From Candidatus Marinacidobacterales bacterium (GTDB lineage Bacteria; Acidobacteriota; Vicinamibacteria; Marinacidobacterales; DATDRI01), in the NCBI GenBank assembly GCA_965226495.1, contig OZ245365.1, positions 6,273,480-6,337,479 on the forward strand: a stretch of DNA of 64,000 nt, in the 5' to 3' direction. This document shows positions 1-10,800 of this stretch, piece by piece. The notes under the pieces are model-generated. The model saw only the letters and a program-made list of their open reading frames with translations. It was not told where the DNA came from and ran no database searches. Numbering within the stretch: the stretch's first letter is position 1; the number at the start of each line of letters is the position of its first letter. A program made the translations under genes and the position numbers.

Positions 1-2
1 AG

Positions 3-779
3 CAGGTAGCCCAGCTTGAGCGTCTTCGGCTGCGTGGACAGACGCAGCACGTCGAAGCCGGAGCAGGCCACTATCTCTGTCGCACTGTTTCGCGTGAAGT
101 AGTGGAGATGCATCCGCATGAACCAAGGCCAACGGGCGCGAAAGAGGCGCGCTCCGAGACCCCCCATGTTGACGGTCGTGAAGCAGAAAAGCCCGCCGGG
201 TGCCAGCAACTCGGCGACCCGGGCGACCGCGCCCACCGGGTCCGTCAGGTGCTCCCAGACATCCCACGAGACGACAACGTCGAAGTGCCCGTTCGAGCGG
301 TACTCTTCGAGCGTTCCGTTGAACACGTCGAGTCCGTTCGCCTGCGCCTGCTCGGCCGCCCAGCGCGAGGGCTCGATGCCCACCGCCTTCCAGCCACACT
401 CGCGTGCCTCTTCGAGGAAGAGCCCCACCGAGGCGCCTATCTCGAGCAGTCGGCCAGGTGGCCCGGTGAAAGGATAGCGCTCGATCGCCTTCAGAGACTC
501 TCTGAAGGTGGCGCGCCGCTCCTGCTCGGAGGTGAAGTAGTCGGGGTCCTCGACGTCCCGGTACAAGTCGGCGAGCTCCGATGAAGAGACCGGAGGAATC
601 GAACGCGCAAGCCCGCAGGGCCGGCAGGTGTAGATGTCGTCGTGGAGGGCGAGGTGCGGGCTCGTACAGGCGACTTCGCTGCAGGCGATCGCGTCACCGT
701 TGGGCACGTTCGACGGGTAGAGAAGGTGGGTCCCACCACCACAGAGCAGGCAAAGGGGTCCTTCAGAGACTGAGGGCAT
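3..779 (-). CDS. Class I SAM-dependent methyltransferase with N-terminal Cys (Zn-binding) region; 3' end runs off the window
   Basis: Manual translation from ATG at 779: MPSVSEGPLCLLCGG...CRPCGL...RLLEIGASVGLFL...FDVVVSWDVWEHLTDP...LAPGG; overlaps the stop of the upstream GT2. Confidence 0.85.
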   Translation of the reverse strand, partial: MPSVSEGPLCLLCGGGTHLLYPSNVPNGDAIACSEVACTSPHLALHDDIYTCRPCGLARSIPPVSSSELADLYRDVEDPDYFTSEQERRATFRESLKAIERYPFTGPPGRLLEIGASVGLFLEEARECGWKAVGIEPSRWAAEQAQANGLDVFNGTLEEYRSNGHFDVVVSWDVWEHLTDPVGAVARVAELLAPGGLFCFTTVNMGGLGARLFRARWPWFMRMHLHYFTRNSATEIVACSGFDVLRLSTQPKTLKLGYL

Positions 780-1509
780 CCGAGCGTTCCGTGAGCTCTC
801 GCTGGAGGCGCTCGCGGTCCTGCAGGTTCCGGTAAAGCGCTCCGAAGGTCGAGAGGATGTAGCGAATGGAACTGAGGACGTCCACCGACGAGGAGTCCTC
901 GGCGTAGCGGGTAGGGATGGCCATTTCCTCGATGCGGAATCGAAGCAGCACGGCCTGGATGACCATCTCCGAGTCGAAAACGAACCGATCGGAAAACTGC
1001 TGGTAGTCGATGAGTTCGAGGAAGCGCCGGGAGTAGGCTTTCATGCCGCTGTGCAGCTCTGAGAAATCGGTACCTAGAAAGTAGTTCTCCACGGCGGGCG
1101 TGAAACGGTTGCCAACGTAGCGATAAAAGGGCATTCCGCCGTCCATCGGCCGCCCGCCGTCTGCGAAACGGGAGCCGAAAGTGAAATCGGCTCGGCCCTC
1201 GACGATGGGCTCGATGAGCGCCGGAACCCGGTGAGGGGCGTATTGGTAATCGGGGTGCAATAGAACGACGATGTCGGCCCCCTCTTCGAGAGCCCAGTCG
1301 TAGCAGGTCTTCTGATTGCCACCGTAGCCGCGGTTGGCGGGATGCCGTCTCGTCTTCAGGCCAAGGGAACGGGCGACCGCCACCGTATCGTCGGGGCTCG
1401 CGTCGTCCACGACGAGCGTGTCGTCGAAGCAGTCGGGGGGGATCTCCCGGCACGTTTTCTCCAGGGTTCGTGCCGCCCGGTAGGCGGGCATCGTAATGAT
1501 GACTTTCAC
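763..1509 (-). CDS. GT2 glycosyltransferase (DPM1-like, polyprenol-phosphate sugar synthase type)
   Basis: IITMPAY, VVDDASPD, NRGYGGNQK, LHPDYQY and GSRF motifs. Confidence 0.92.
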   Translation of the reverse strand: MKVIITMPAYRAARTLEKTCREIPPDCFDDTLVVDDASPDDTVAVARSLGLKTRRHPANRGYGGNQKTCYDWALEEGADIVVLLHPDYQYAPHRVPALIEPIVEGRADFTFGSRFADGGRPMDGGMPFYRYVGNRFTPAVENYFLGTDFSELHSGMKAYSRRFLELIDYQQFSDRFVFDSEMVIQAVLLRFRIEEMAIPTRYAEDSSSVDVLSSIRYILSTFGALYRNLQDRERLQRELTERSDALSL

Positions 1510-1639
1510 GTTAGACCTTATTCCGGCCGGCGATGTTAGCGCAGCACACCATCGGACACAAGGATGCTTCGACCGGCCAAGGTCCAGAGGTTCTCACAGC
1601 TCCGAGTTGAGCTCTTGTCAACAGGTGTGTAAAAAAGTT

Positions 1640-2300
1640 GGGTCTACGCGGATTCGTGTGGGTTGAAGACGGCATTTCTGGGTAATGGCGGAAGGAATGC
1701 CGCCACGATCTTCAGCTTGAGATATTCCTCGTCGCGATAGCCGTAGGCGCGTCGTTGCAGCACACGGATTTTGTTGTTGACCCCTTCAACTAGGAGGCGC
1801 AGACGTTCCATCTCGGCCACCGCCTTGTCCGGCACAGCTTGCCCACATGCGTCGCAAAACGCTGGGTGTAGCGCGAGTTGTTCGCCAGCCAGTCTAGGTG
1901 TTCTACATGCAAACCGCCGCACCCAGAACAGTTGACGCGCCAACGCTCGTATTCCAGATAGATCCGCCAGCCTGCCAACGACAGGTCGCGGACCCGGCAC
2001 ACTTGCTTGTCATAGCGCCCCCGGCACCGTTGCCCACAGTAAGAGCACACAGCTGTTTTTTTCGCCTCTTGAGCTGGATGACGCGGGCGTATCGGTCACC
2101 GAATAGACCCTTCAATCCGGCACACCACGAAACCTGGCAGCGCAAACAGCGAGCGGATCGACTGGGAATTTTTCACTCGGTTAGCCTATCCTCAAAATGG
2201 ACCACCTTTCAGCACCTGATGAAGTACTCGATACCTTTTCCACACAATGAGTTACACTGTTTTTCCGTCAGAACTTACCCACACGAATCCGCGTAGACCC
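1640..2300 (-). mobile_element. Internally deleted ISL3-family element
   Basis: 24-bp perfect TIRs (GGGTCTACGCGGATTCGTGTGGGT); 8-bp target duplication AAAAAGTT at 1632-1639 and 2301-2308; transposase remnants with Zn finger (CSYCG...RVRDL...CSGCG) and C-terminus (VEGVNNKIRVLQRRAYGYRDEEYLKLKI). Confidence 0.9.
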
Positions 2301-2449
2301 AAAAAGTTTAGGCAGCAGCAACCTTCGACGACTCCGTTACCCTCTCTCCACCTTCGAATCGAACGCCCAGGTAGGTACTTTCGAGATTACGGCCTCTCCC
2401 TAAAGCTCCGGCTGGATCGGGACGATAGGAAAGGGCGGTACAAGCTTAA

Positions 2450-4372
2450 TCACGGTTGGCCGGAGCGATCGGCCACCATCAAAGGTGAAGCGTAAGTCTC
2501 CAAGTAGCTTCTGTGCTTGTTCACACCAAAGACGGCGAGGCTTGCACTCAACACCACCGCCGCGATGAAACCGGCGCGGCCGCGACGGGAGAGCTCGGCC
2601 AGCGTGAGCCCCGAAAGCATCGCGATCCAGGGTCCGACGAAGGTGATCTCCTTTAGGTCCTTGAACGTTCCCCCGCCAAACGCCCTCAAGCTGAGCAGCA
2701 AGACGAAAGCGAGTCCGTAAACGACGAGGAAGCGATATCCCGCCGTCGTCGTGCGCCGCCGCGCAAGGGCGAGACCGACGAGAGCGAGCGCCGGGTACAG
2801 ATAGCCGTAAAACAATGGGATACGTGACAGCGCCGCGAGAGGCGGCGTTCCCGATCCCGATGCGCTGACTCCTGCACTGCCGGCCATCAACGCCGGGAGC
2901 ATCTCCGTCGCAAAAGCCCAAACGAAAGGCCGATAGAGGCCGAGGATGGTGAGGGTGCCCGTCACGAGAAGCACGCCGAGTAGGCGAAAGGTGAGCCGCC
3001 TATCGAAGAGCGCAAAGATGCCCATGAAAGCCGCAAGGCTGAAATAGCTCGACGTATATTCGAGAAAGCTCGCAAGCGTCGCGCCACCGACGGCGGCGAA
3101 ACGTTTCGAGCTCTCCGGCTTCAATGAAAGCAGGAGCACCGCCGACATCACAAGAAGGTCGAGAAAGTGCCCGACCACGGTCGCGTGCAGCGCGAGGACG
3201 AGACGGCTGAACAAAGGCGGCAAGAAGGCCGAGAAAAACGCCGCGGCGATCGCGACGCGCGCATCGAAAAGCGTTGTCGCGAGCCAAAAAACGGCAAGAA
3301 CCTGGAGCGATGCGGCGGCAAGACCGAACAGGCGCACGCCGTCTTCCACAGCGCCCGGCGTCGGTAGGAAAGTGAACGGAAGAAAATAGAGCGGAGAATA
3401 AGGAAACGCGTAGTCCTTCCCGCCGACGGTGCGGGGATAGCCAACACCCGTCCGCTCCTGTGTAGCGACCCCTCGCTCCGCCATGGTTCCTGTCATTTCT
3501 GGATAGATGCCCACGTAGCGGCGCATGTTGGCCACGTCGGGATAGAACGTGACTGGATGGAACAGGCCCGCGCCCTTCACCAAGAAGCCGAGCACGAAAA
3601 TCGCGAGAGCCCACCGGCCAGAATCTCGCCTCCGTAACCACCAAGCCGCGAACAACGACAACACGATGGCGGCAGGAGCGATTTTCTGGATTGCAAAGGC
3701 GAAGCTGAAAGGGTCGAGACCTGCCCAGATAGCCGTCGTTACGATCCAGGGAAGTACGAGAACGAACGCGAGCAGCCGATCGAAGCCAGCGACGCGAAAG
3801 AGAACGAAGAGAAACGTCGTCGAGAACCCCGGAAGCCAAAGGGCCCAACCACGCGCTCGGACCCGCGCGCGCTCTCCGGTCTCGAGAGCGACCCAGTCGA
3901 GCCTCAGGCCGAGATTCTGGCGCTCGTGGGAGTCCACTTTGAAGTGGATCGAGACCGGCGTCTCCGAGACGGCAGCGAGCGTCACATGCCTGAGGCGCGT
4001 CTGGCCGCCCCGGCTTTCGAACATGTCGATGAGCTGTTCGTCGAGATAGACCTCGGAGATAGCGGTTTCTGGAAACACGCGCCAAAAACGATAGGAAAGC
4101 TCGAGCGGCCCACCTTCGACGGTGACAGGAAGCTCGATCGAAGCATCGTAGCTCGTCCAACGGGACGCGGAGACCCCATCGCTGATCTCATAGTGCGGTG
4201 CAAAGCCCGAGATGTAGGACGCGTCGTTCGGGCCGAGCTGAAAAAGAATCGCGTTCTCGCCAGAGCGTCCCCTTCCGGTGAGAAACACGGTCAAAGTCAG
4301 CACGACGAGTGCGACGACGACGTCGCCCCATTTCCCCGCGTTCAACCTCGTGAGGTATGCTTGGCCGCTCAT
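2450..4372 (-). CDS. Multi-TM membrane protein, probable GT-C-fold glycosyltransferase with N-terminal extracytoplasmic beta-domain
   Basis: 640 aa, about 12 hydrophobic segments, YPD and PYSPLYF loop motifs, GT cluster context. Confidence 0.65.
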   Translation of the reverse strand: MSGQAYLTRLNAGKWGDVVVALVVLTLTVFLTGRGRSGENAILFQLGPNDASYISGFAPHYEISDGVSASRWTSYDASIELPVTVEGGPLELSYRFWRVFPETAISEVYLDEQLIDMFESRGGQTRLRHVTLAAVSETPVSIHFKVDSHERQNLGLRLDWVALETGERARVRARGWALWLPGFSTTFLFVLFRVAGFDRLLAFVLVLPWIVTTAIWAGLDPFSFAFAIQKIAPAAIVLSLFAAWWLRRRDSGRWALAIFVLGFLVKGAGLFHPVTFYPDVANMRRYVGIYPEMTGTMAERGVATQERTGVGYPRTVGGKDYAFPYSPLYFLPFTFLPTPGAVEDGVRLFGLAAASLQVLAVFWLATTLFDARVAIAAAFFSAFLPPLFSRLVLALHATVVGHFLDLLVMSAVLLLSLKPESSKRFAAVGGATLASFLEYTSSYFSLAAFMGIFALFDRRLTFRLLGVLLVTGTLTILGLYRPFVWAFATEMLPALMAGSAGVSASGSGTPPLAALSRIPLFYGYLYPALALVGLALARRRTTTAGYRFLVVYGLAFVLLLSLRAFGGGTFKDLKEITFVGPWIAMLSGLTLAELSRRGRAGFIAAVVLSASLAVFGVNKHRSYLETYASPLMVADRSGQP

Positions 4373-4413
4373 ACCAAGCGTAACACTAACACTTCGCGAG
4401 CATCGAACAGAAA

Positions 4414-6315
4414 ATGTGTGGAATTTGTGGCGTTTTTGACAGAGAAGCGGAAACGAAGCCCGACCCTTCTATCATCGAGGAGATGAATCGAGCGATCACT
4501 CATCGGGGCCCCGATGATGACGGCACGTTCTTCGATCGCGGCGTTGGACTAGGCGCACGACGTCTCTCAATCATCGATGTGGAAGGGGGCCACCAGCCCA
4601 TCCATAACGAGGATTCCAGCATCTGGATCGTATTCAACGGCGAAATCTACAACTGCCGTCAGCTGCAAGCACTTCTGGAGAAGCTGGGTCATCGCTTCTA
4701 CACGCGTACGGACACCGAGACCGTCGTCCATGCCTATGAAGAGTTCGGCGACGAATGCGTCAAATACCTCAACGGAATGTTCGCCTTCGCCATCTGGGAC
4801 CATCCTCGTCGGAGGCTGTTCGTCGCGCGAGACCGTTTCGGCATCAAGCCGCTTTATTACACGCTCGTCGACAAGAAGCTCGTTTTTGGCTCGGAGCTCA
4901 AATCCATTCTGAAACACCCCGCGGTGGAGCGCCGGATCGATTTCGTCGCGTTCAACGAATATCTCTCCTTTGAATACGTGCCCTCTCCGAGGACGATCTT
5001 CAAAGGCATTCACCGGCTAGAACCTGGGCACGTGCTCGTAGCCAACGACTCGGGCGTCAACGTTAAGCGCTACTGGGATATGAGCCTAGCGAAGAGCGAG
5101 CGCCGGCCCCCGGTGAGCTGGCGCGATTTCAAGGACCAACTGCGCGTAAAGCTAAAAGAAGCCGTCGAAAAAGAGATGCTGAGCGATGTGCCGATTGGCG
5201 TCCTCTTGAGTGGCGGCATAGACTCGAGCGCCGTGGCCGCGATGATGTCGCAGATAGCCCCGGGCGCCGTCAAGAGTTTCTCCATCGCATTCGAAGAGAA
5301 GTCTTTCGACGAGTCGCGCTACGCCCGGATGGTGGCCGACAAGGTCGGCTCGGAGCACCACGAGCTCACGGTTACTTCGCGCATGATGCTCGACCTCGTG
5401 CCAAAGCTCATGGATTTTCTCGACGAGCCCTTCGGCGATTCCTCGATCGTGCCGACCTATTTTCTGTCGCAATTCACGCGAGAGAAGGTCAAGGTAGCGC
5501 TCGGCGGTGACGGGGGCGACGAGATGTTCGCCGGGTACCCAACGCTCCAAGCCCACCGCCTCATCGAATATTACGAGCGGTGGGTTCCGTTTTTCATGCG
5601 CGCGAGCGTCGTGCCGCGCTTGATCGACGTGCTTCCCGTTTCGAAAGACAACATCAGCTTGGACTTCAAGGCGCGCCGTTTCATTTCCGGCCGAGGCGTC
5701 CCGGTCGCGAGCCGGCACCATCGATGGCTCGGCTCGTTCACACCCGAGCAGAAGGCAGAGCTCTTTATCCCCGAGCTCGTGCAAGAGGAAGTCGATACCT
5801 ACGAAGTCGCCTACGAGCACCAGCGCCGATGCGACGCCGCCCAAACCTTCAACCAGATCCTGTACATGGATACGAAGCTCTATCTCGAAGGCGACATCCT
5901 TGCAAAAGTCGACCGCGCCAGCATGGCCAACTCGCTCGAGGTGCGTGTGCCGCTTCTGAACCACCACCTCACTGAATGGGTGGCCGAGGTACCTCGAGAG
6001 CTTAAATTGCACGGCCTGACATCGAAGTCGTCGAAGTTCATCCTCAAGAAAGCCATGGAAGGCATCCTTCCGAACGAAGTGCTCACGCGCAAGAAGAAGG
6101 GCTTCAACGTGCCGGTTGCCTATTGGCTCAACGCCGACTTGAAAGAGCTGGTCCAGGATCAGTTCGCGCCGGCCAAGCTGAAGCGCGAAGGTTTCTTGAA
6201 TCCGGACTACGTGCAAAAACTTCTCGCGCAGCACGCCGAGGGCACGCACGACAACCGCAAGCAGCTCTGGACGCTCCTCGTCTTCGAGCTCTGGTACGAA
6301 CGCTACATGATCTGA
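4414..6315 (+). CDS. asnB: Asparagine synthase (glutamine-hydrolysing) family amidotransferase
   Basis: MCGICG N-terminus; HRGPDD, RLSIID, FNGEIYN, LSGGIDSS, GDGGDEMFAGY, KVDRASMANSLEVRVP. Confidence 0.96.
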   Translation: MCGICGVFDREAETKPDPSIIEEMNRAITHRGPDDDGTFFDRGVGLGARRLSIIDVEGGHQPIHNEDSSIWIVFNGEIYNCRQLQALLEKLGHRFYTRTDTETVVHAYEEFGDECVKYLNGMFAFAIWDHPRRRLFVARDRFGIKPLYYTLVDKKLVFGSELKSILKHPAVERRIDFVAFNEYLSFEYVPSPRTIFKGIHRLEPGHVLVANDSGVNVKRYWDMSLAKSERRPPVSWRDFKDQLRVKLKEAVEKEMLSDVPIGVLLSGGIDSSAVAAMMSQIAPGAVKSFSIAFEEKSFDESRYARMVADKVGSEHHELTVTSRMMLDLVPKLMDFLDEPFGDSSIVPTYFLSQFTREKVKVALGGDGGDEMFAGYPTLQAHRLIEYYERWVPFFMRASVVPRLIDVLPVSKDNISLDFKARRFISGRGVPVASRHHRWLGSFTPEQKAELFIPELVQEEVDTYEVAYEHQRRCDAAQTFNQILYMDTKLYLEGDILAKVDRASMANSLEVRVPLLNHHLTEWVAEVPRELKLHGLTSKSSKFILKKAMEGILPNEVLTRKKKGFNVPVAYWLNADLKELVQDQFAPAKLKREGFLNPDYVQKLLAQHAEGTHDNRKQLWTLLVFELWYERYMI

Positions 6316-6399
6316 TGTTTGGCGCCTACTCAGTGCCAACTCACTCGCCTATCAAAAGCGTTTCTCGCGACTGTGCTATTCGCGAATCACAACGATCTG

Positions 6400-6619
6400 G
6401 TCGTCGAGAAGGCGGTAGCCCAGCCGAGGCGGCTTTGGCTTCCTCCTCGAAACGCTTCCGCCTCAAAGCGTCGGAGGCGACGTCCGAGCGAAGGATCCTG
6501 ATGGCGGCATCGCGACCGAGTCGGGTGTCTCTCGCACGATAGAGCTCCCACATCCCGCCCGCGCCGATCGGAGAGACGATCTCGTAATCACCTAGTCACG
6601 TTCCAGCGGGCAGGGACAT
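6400..6619 (-). pseudogene. Remnant of a Hanks-type Ser/Thr kinase (N-terminus only)
   Basis: MSLPAGT*LGDYEIVSPIGAGGMWELYRARDTRLGRDAAIRIL...RFEEEAKAASA with an in-frame stop, then truncation. Confidence 0.85.
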
Positions 6620-6703
6620 CGCAGGTGGATTCTAAGATGATCGGGAACGGGCAACAACCCCGTCGGGGAAAACGATTTCGTCTAACGCCGTTGAAGAGCT
6701 CGC

Positions 6704-7540
6704 TCAGCTCCTCCGGCCGCCGAACTTCCACGAGTTCCCGTTGCGAAAGACGATGTAGCGCGAGTCCGGCTCCACAGCCGGATCCTCGAGCCAGCGCTCG
6801 ACCGTCGCCCGGTCGATATAGTGCGTCGTCGGCGTCACGAGCTGATCGAATGCGACGTGGTGGAAGAACGAGAAGCTCCGCTTCGCGATCCAGAGGCTGT
6901 AAGCTCCGAGGGGGAAACGTCGTATGAGCGGCTCCCCGAGGAGCATGGCGAGAAGACGGAGAAGCCTCGCGTAAAGGAAGTACTTTGCGGCAAGCGGGAG
7001 CGCGACGCCGTATTTAGTCAGCCACCACGGGAGCCGCGACGTCACCCGGCGCAACGGATCGACAACGTAACGGATGACGGCGTTTCCCTCGCGCGCATAA
7101 ACCCAGCAATGGAACCGGCCTCGGGCGCGCGTATGCCGGAGCACCGCTCGAAATCCGTCGACCGGCTCTTTCAGATGATGGAGCACGCCGATGCAGTAAA
7201 CAAAATCGAATGGACCGAGGTCGACCTTTGTGAGATCGGCCTGGTGTAGATCGAGCTCGCCCGCGAGCGCCTCGCCGAGATTGGCTTTCGTTCGCTCGAA
7301 CGTGTGTCCCAACTCAACACCGGATAGCCGCGCCGGTCGGCACGCCGCCATGTGGTAGAGAAGCGAGCCGTTGCCGAACCCTAGCTCGAGAACCGCTTTC
7401 CCCGAGAAGGCCTCCGGCTCGAGCGGGGTGAACCAGTCCAGAAACTGCTCGCGCGTGTAGACGGAGCCCTCGCGCTGCCGATTCCACGAACCGGCAAAGG
7501 CCGCCGCAGTCTCAGCGTCGGGCGAGCGCTCGACGCTCAT
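6704..7540 (-). CDS. Class I SAM-dependent methyltransferase
   Basis: VLELGFGNG, FDFVYCIGVLHHL and WVYAREGN; start ATG overlaps the upstream stop (ATGA) at 7537-7540. Confidence 0.9.
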   Translation of the reverse strand: MSVERSPDAETAAAFAGSWNRQREGSVYTREQFLDWFTPLEPEAFSGKAVLELGFGNGSLLYHMAACRPARLSGVELGHTFERTKANLGEALAGELDLHQADLTKVDLGPFDFVYCIGVLHHLKEPVDGFRAVLRHTRARGRFHCWVYAREGNAVIRYVVDPLRRVTSRLPWWLTKYGVALPLAAKYFLYARLLRLLAMLLGEPLIRRFPLGAYSLWIAKRSFSFFHHVAFDQLVTPTTHYIDRATVERWLEDPAVEPDSRYIVFRNGNSWKFGGRRS

Positions 7541-9627
7541 GGAGTCTCCTCGTGCGCGGCCGCGGTGAGCTTCAGCGAGTGGACCGCGAGCTCCAACCGC
7601 TTGGACGGGTCGTCGTTCTCGGCACTGAAACGCAGCTCGAGCTCGTTGAAACCGGGACGCAGTTGATGCACCGTGACTGGAAACGCGTAGTCCTGCCACC
7701 GGGCTACGGCGTCGACGAGGCCGGCTGAGCGTCCATTCACCACGAGCTCCACCCCGAAAGGCACGGACTCAGGATCCGCGTGAGCGCGGAGCGTCACGGT
7801 GAAGTCGCGCGGATAGCGAATGGGCACAGTCAGCGTCGAATTCCGTGTTCGCGTCCGGCGGATCGGCAAGCCGAACTCTTCGCTCGGAGGGCGCCACGCG
7901 TCATCGAAGAGAACGTGCGGCGCCTCATCTTCGTCCGGCACCCAGCCGATATAGCGCCTCTTCTCGTCCGACCACCAGCCCGCGCCGTTATCGAACGGGC
8001 GTACCCGGATAGGCTCGAGCCCGGTAGGGACGTAGTGCTCTTCGAGAAACGCCGTGATCTCGGGTGTGATGGCATCGCGCAAATAGTGGCTCCAGAAAAT
8101 GAACTTGGGCGCCGCACGACCGCTGCGAAGAGCCTCGTACATCTCCGTGTGCTCTTCTTTCGACTGAAGCATGAACGCGTGCGGATGCTGGAAGTGATGG
8201 AAGAAAGCTTGAGGCCGGAACATGCCGAGCCCGGTGAAACCGTCGAACGTCGTCTCCCAAGGAGCGCTGTTTCGCAGCACGTATTCGACGGCCTGAATCG
8301 TTCCCCAGTTGCCACGATCGAACATGTTTCGAAGGCGCGTGAGCGGATAGGCGCTCAGAAGAACGACGATGATGGTGAGAGCGGATTCTCGCGAGCCGCG
8401 CCAGAGGCAAACACCGAGTGCCAAGGTCAACGCGCCGAGGACGAACGGCGCGAAAGAAGGCAAAACGAGCTCGGGTGGCGCGAGCCGCGAGAGCCCGTAG
8501 ACGCCGAGCGCCCCAAAAGCAAGCGTCGCGGCGGCCGGGAGCGCTTTGCCACGGACACGGTTCGTGACGGCCTCGACGATTCGAAGAAGGCCAAGGGCGC
8601 CATAGAGCGAGGCAAGAGGAAGAATCAGAAGAAAATGTTGATAGGACATCGCCGGATGCGCGGCCAAGGAGACCGTGACTGAGAGCGTCGCGAACGTGAC
8701 TACAGGCTCCCCGCGAAGGATGGCTTGCCGCGTGAACGCGCGTTTCGCCTCGAGCAGAAATCCCGCCACCACGAACAGGACGAAGAACGGGTCCTGCCGT
8801 ACGAGCTCGACTAGGAACGGTCCCGCTGGAAGACCCGGCCATCGCATGTTCACGATATAGTTGGCATCGATGAACGCCCAAGCCGCGCCGTGAAGCGCGA
8901 AATAGCCGAGCGTCCCGGCGACGGGAAGCGCAAAGCCGGCGGAAAGCGCCGTGACGTGGCCGAGGCGCGCCGTGAACGGAAGCTCGAGGCGCCGATCGAG
9001 AAGAAGCCAAAACACGATCGCCGCATAGCCCGGCCCGACGAAAACGACTTTCTGCGTGAGCATTACGGCAGCGCCGAGCGCGAGGCCCGACACGAACAAC
9101 CGGGGGCGTCCTCCCGGCTCACTGGCTACGGCGCGTCGCGAGCCGAGCAGCGCCAACCACACCGACAAAAGAAGGAGCGCCGTGGCGGGGACACCGGGCC
9201 GGATCTCGAAGCTCTTCGAGAGAAAAAACGCCGTGTTACTGAGAAGCAAGGCCGCGACGAGACCGGTTCGCGCGTCGTGCCAGGATCGTCCGAGAAGGAA
9301 CGTGAGACCCAGGCTCGCCGCCGCGGCGAGCCACATGAGGTGCCGAGCCATAAACGTGAACCCGAGCGCATCCGCCGGAAGCCGCTCGACGTCGTAGAAA
9401 TCGAACAATTGCGCGAGAAAAAAATGAAGCCAGGGCGTGTGATGGTCGAAGTAGTCCACGTAAGGAACGAGGTCTCGCCAAACGCACCAGGACCAATGAA
9501 GATGCTCGAGCTCGTCCGGGTTGTAGCCGCGCGTCTCGATTAGAGGAAGCCGCAGAAAAAAGGGTGCGAGCACGAGCAGAATGGCGACGGCGGCGAAGAC
9601 GAGGCCGGCTCGGTCGGAAGCTTTCAT
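7537..9627 (-). CDS. ArnT/PMT-like (GT-C) membrane glycosyltransferase with C-terminal beta-sandwich
   Basis: N-terminal TM followed by PDELEH and PYVDYFDHHTPW; many TM segments; soluble C-terminal domain. Confidence 0.75.
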   Translation of the reverse strand: MKASDRAGLVFAAVAILLVLAPFFLRLPLIETRGYNPDELEHLHWSWCVWRDLVPYVDYFDHHTPWLHFFLAQLFDFYDVERLPADALGFTFMARHLMWLAAAASLGLTFLLGRSWHDARTGLVAALLLSNTAFFLSKSFEIRPGVPATALLLLSVWLALLGSRRAVASEPGGRPRLFVSGLALGAAVMLTQKVVFVGPGYAAIVFWLLLDRRLELPFTARLGHVTALSAGFALPVAGTLGYFALHGAAWAFIDANYIVNMRWPGLPAGPFLVELVRQDPFFVLFVVAGFLLEAKRAFTRQAILRGEPVVTFATLSVTVSLAAHPAMSYQHFLLILPLASLYGALGLLRIVEAVTNRVRGKALPAAATLAFGALGVYGLSRLAPPELVLPSFAPFVLGALTLALGVCLWRGSRESALTIIVVLLSAYPLTRLRNMFDRGNWGTIQAVEYVLRNSAPWETTFDGFTGLGMFRPQAFFHHFQHPHAFMLQSKEEHTEMYEALRSGRAAPKFIFWSHYLRDAITPEITAFLEEHYVPTGLEPIRVRPFDNGAGWWSDEKRRYIGWVPDEDEAPHVLFDDAWRPPSEEFGLPIRRTRTRNSTLTVPIRYPRDFTVTLRAHADPESVPFGVELVVNGRSAGLVDAVARWQDYAFPVTVHQLRPGFNELELRFSAENDDPSKRLELAVHSLKLTAAAHEETP

Positions 9628-9879
9628 AGAAGAGACGTGGGCATTTTAGCCGCTCTCCAGAACATGATCAAAATGCGCGCCGCGGCCCCCCGCTTGCCTG
9701 ATCGTCATGAGGTTACCTATCCTTGTTGCCGACGCGCCTCTTGCAGGTCACCTTTTGGACCACCGGCCCAACGTGGACCGCGTGATTCGCGAAAAACTCG
9801 TCGATCGAGTGGTTGCAAGGGTACTTTCGAGTGAACGAACGATTTCGGTCACTTCCCGATGACCTCCGCCCACGCGGGC

Positions 9880-10800
9880 GGTGCCATTGCTGTCAAATTG
9901 AGCTGGTGACTGACAGAATGGTCCAATGAAAACCGATGCGCCAAGCTACCACGGCTATCGATTTCCAGCGGAAATCATCAGCCACGCCGTCTGGCTCTAC
10001 CACCGATTCTGCGTGAGCTTTCGAGACGTCGAAGAGCTGCTTGCTCAGCGAGGCATCACGGTTTCCTACGAAGCGATCCGACTTTGGTGCATCAAGTTCG
10101 GGCCGGCATACGCTCGGCGACTGAAGCGTCGGCAGGGTCGTCTCGGTGACACGTGGCACCTAGACGAGATCTTCACAAAAGATACAAGGTGAACGCCAAT
10201 ACCTCTGGCGTGCGGTAGACCAAGATGGTGATGTGATTGATATCCTCGTCCAGCCTCGCCGTGATCAGAAAGCCGCCAAACGATTCTTCCGCAAGCTGTT
10301 GAAGGGGCAAGGCCGCCCGCCCTGGCAGCTGGTCACCGACAAACTGAGAAGCTACAGTGCCGCTCACCGCGAGGTCATGCCGTCCGTCGTCCACGACACT
10401 GACCAGTACAGAAACAACCTAGCCGAAGTCTCGCACGAACCGACGCGACAACGGGAACGACAGATGCGGAAGTTTAAAACTCCTGGGCAGGCGCAACGAT
10501 TCTTGTCCGTGCACGGACTCGTGCAAAACCTCTTTCGCGTCGGACGGCATTTGTTGCAAGCGCATCATCATCGGGAGCTACGAGACCGCGCTTTCATCGT
10601 CTGGCAGGACGGCCAGCTACGCGACATCCCCGACATCGATAGCCTTTATTTCACGATGCTGAATCACAACAAACGGAGCGTCGCCCTGAACCCGAAGACC
10701 GAAGCGGGCAAGAAGAACTTCACGAGGCTCCTCGAGGAATGTGAGCTTCGCGCACCAAATCAAGCAGTTTTAGTGTTGTGAAGGGTATTGTCAAGTTGAC
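9880..10800 (+). mobile_element. IS6-family element, frameshifted transposase (9926-10610) with its 3' end inverted
   Basis: YHGYRFPAEIISHAVWLY, WHLDE, YLWRAVDQDG, VTDKLRSY, NNLAEVSH; IS6-like IR GGTATTGTCAAGTT at about 10783. Confidence 0.88.

Noticed and set aside
4414-6315. AsnB as a lasso-peptide cyclase
   Set aside because: Intact N-terminal Cys glutaminase domain, no precursor or B protein; the context is glycosyltransferases.
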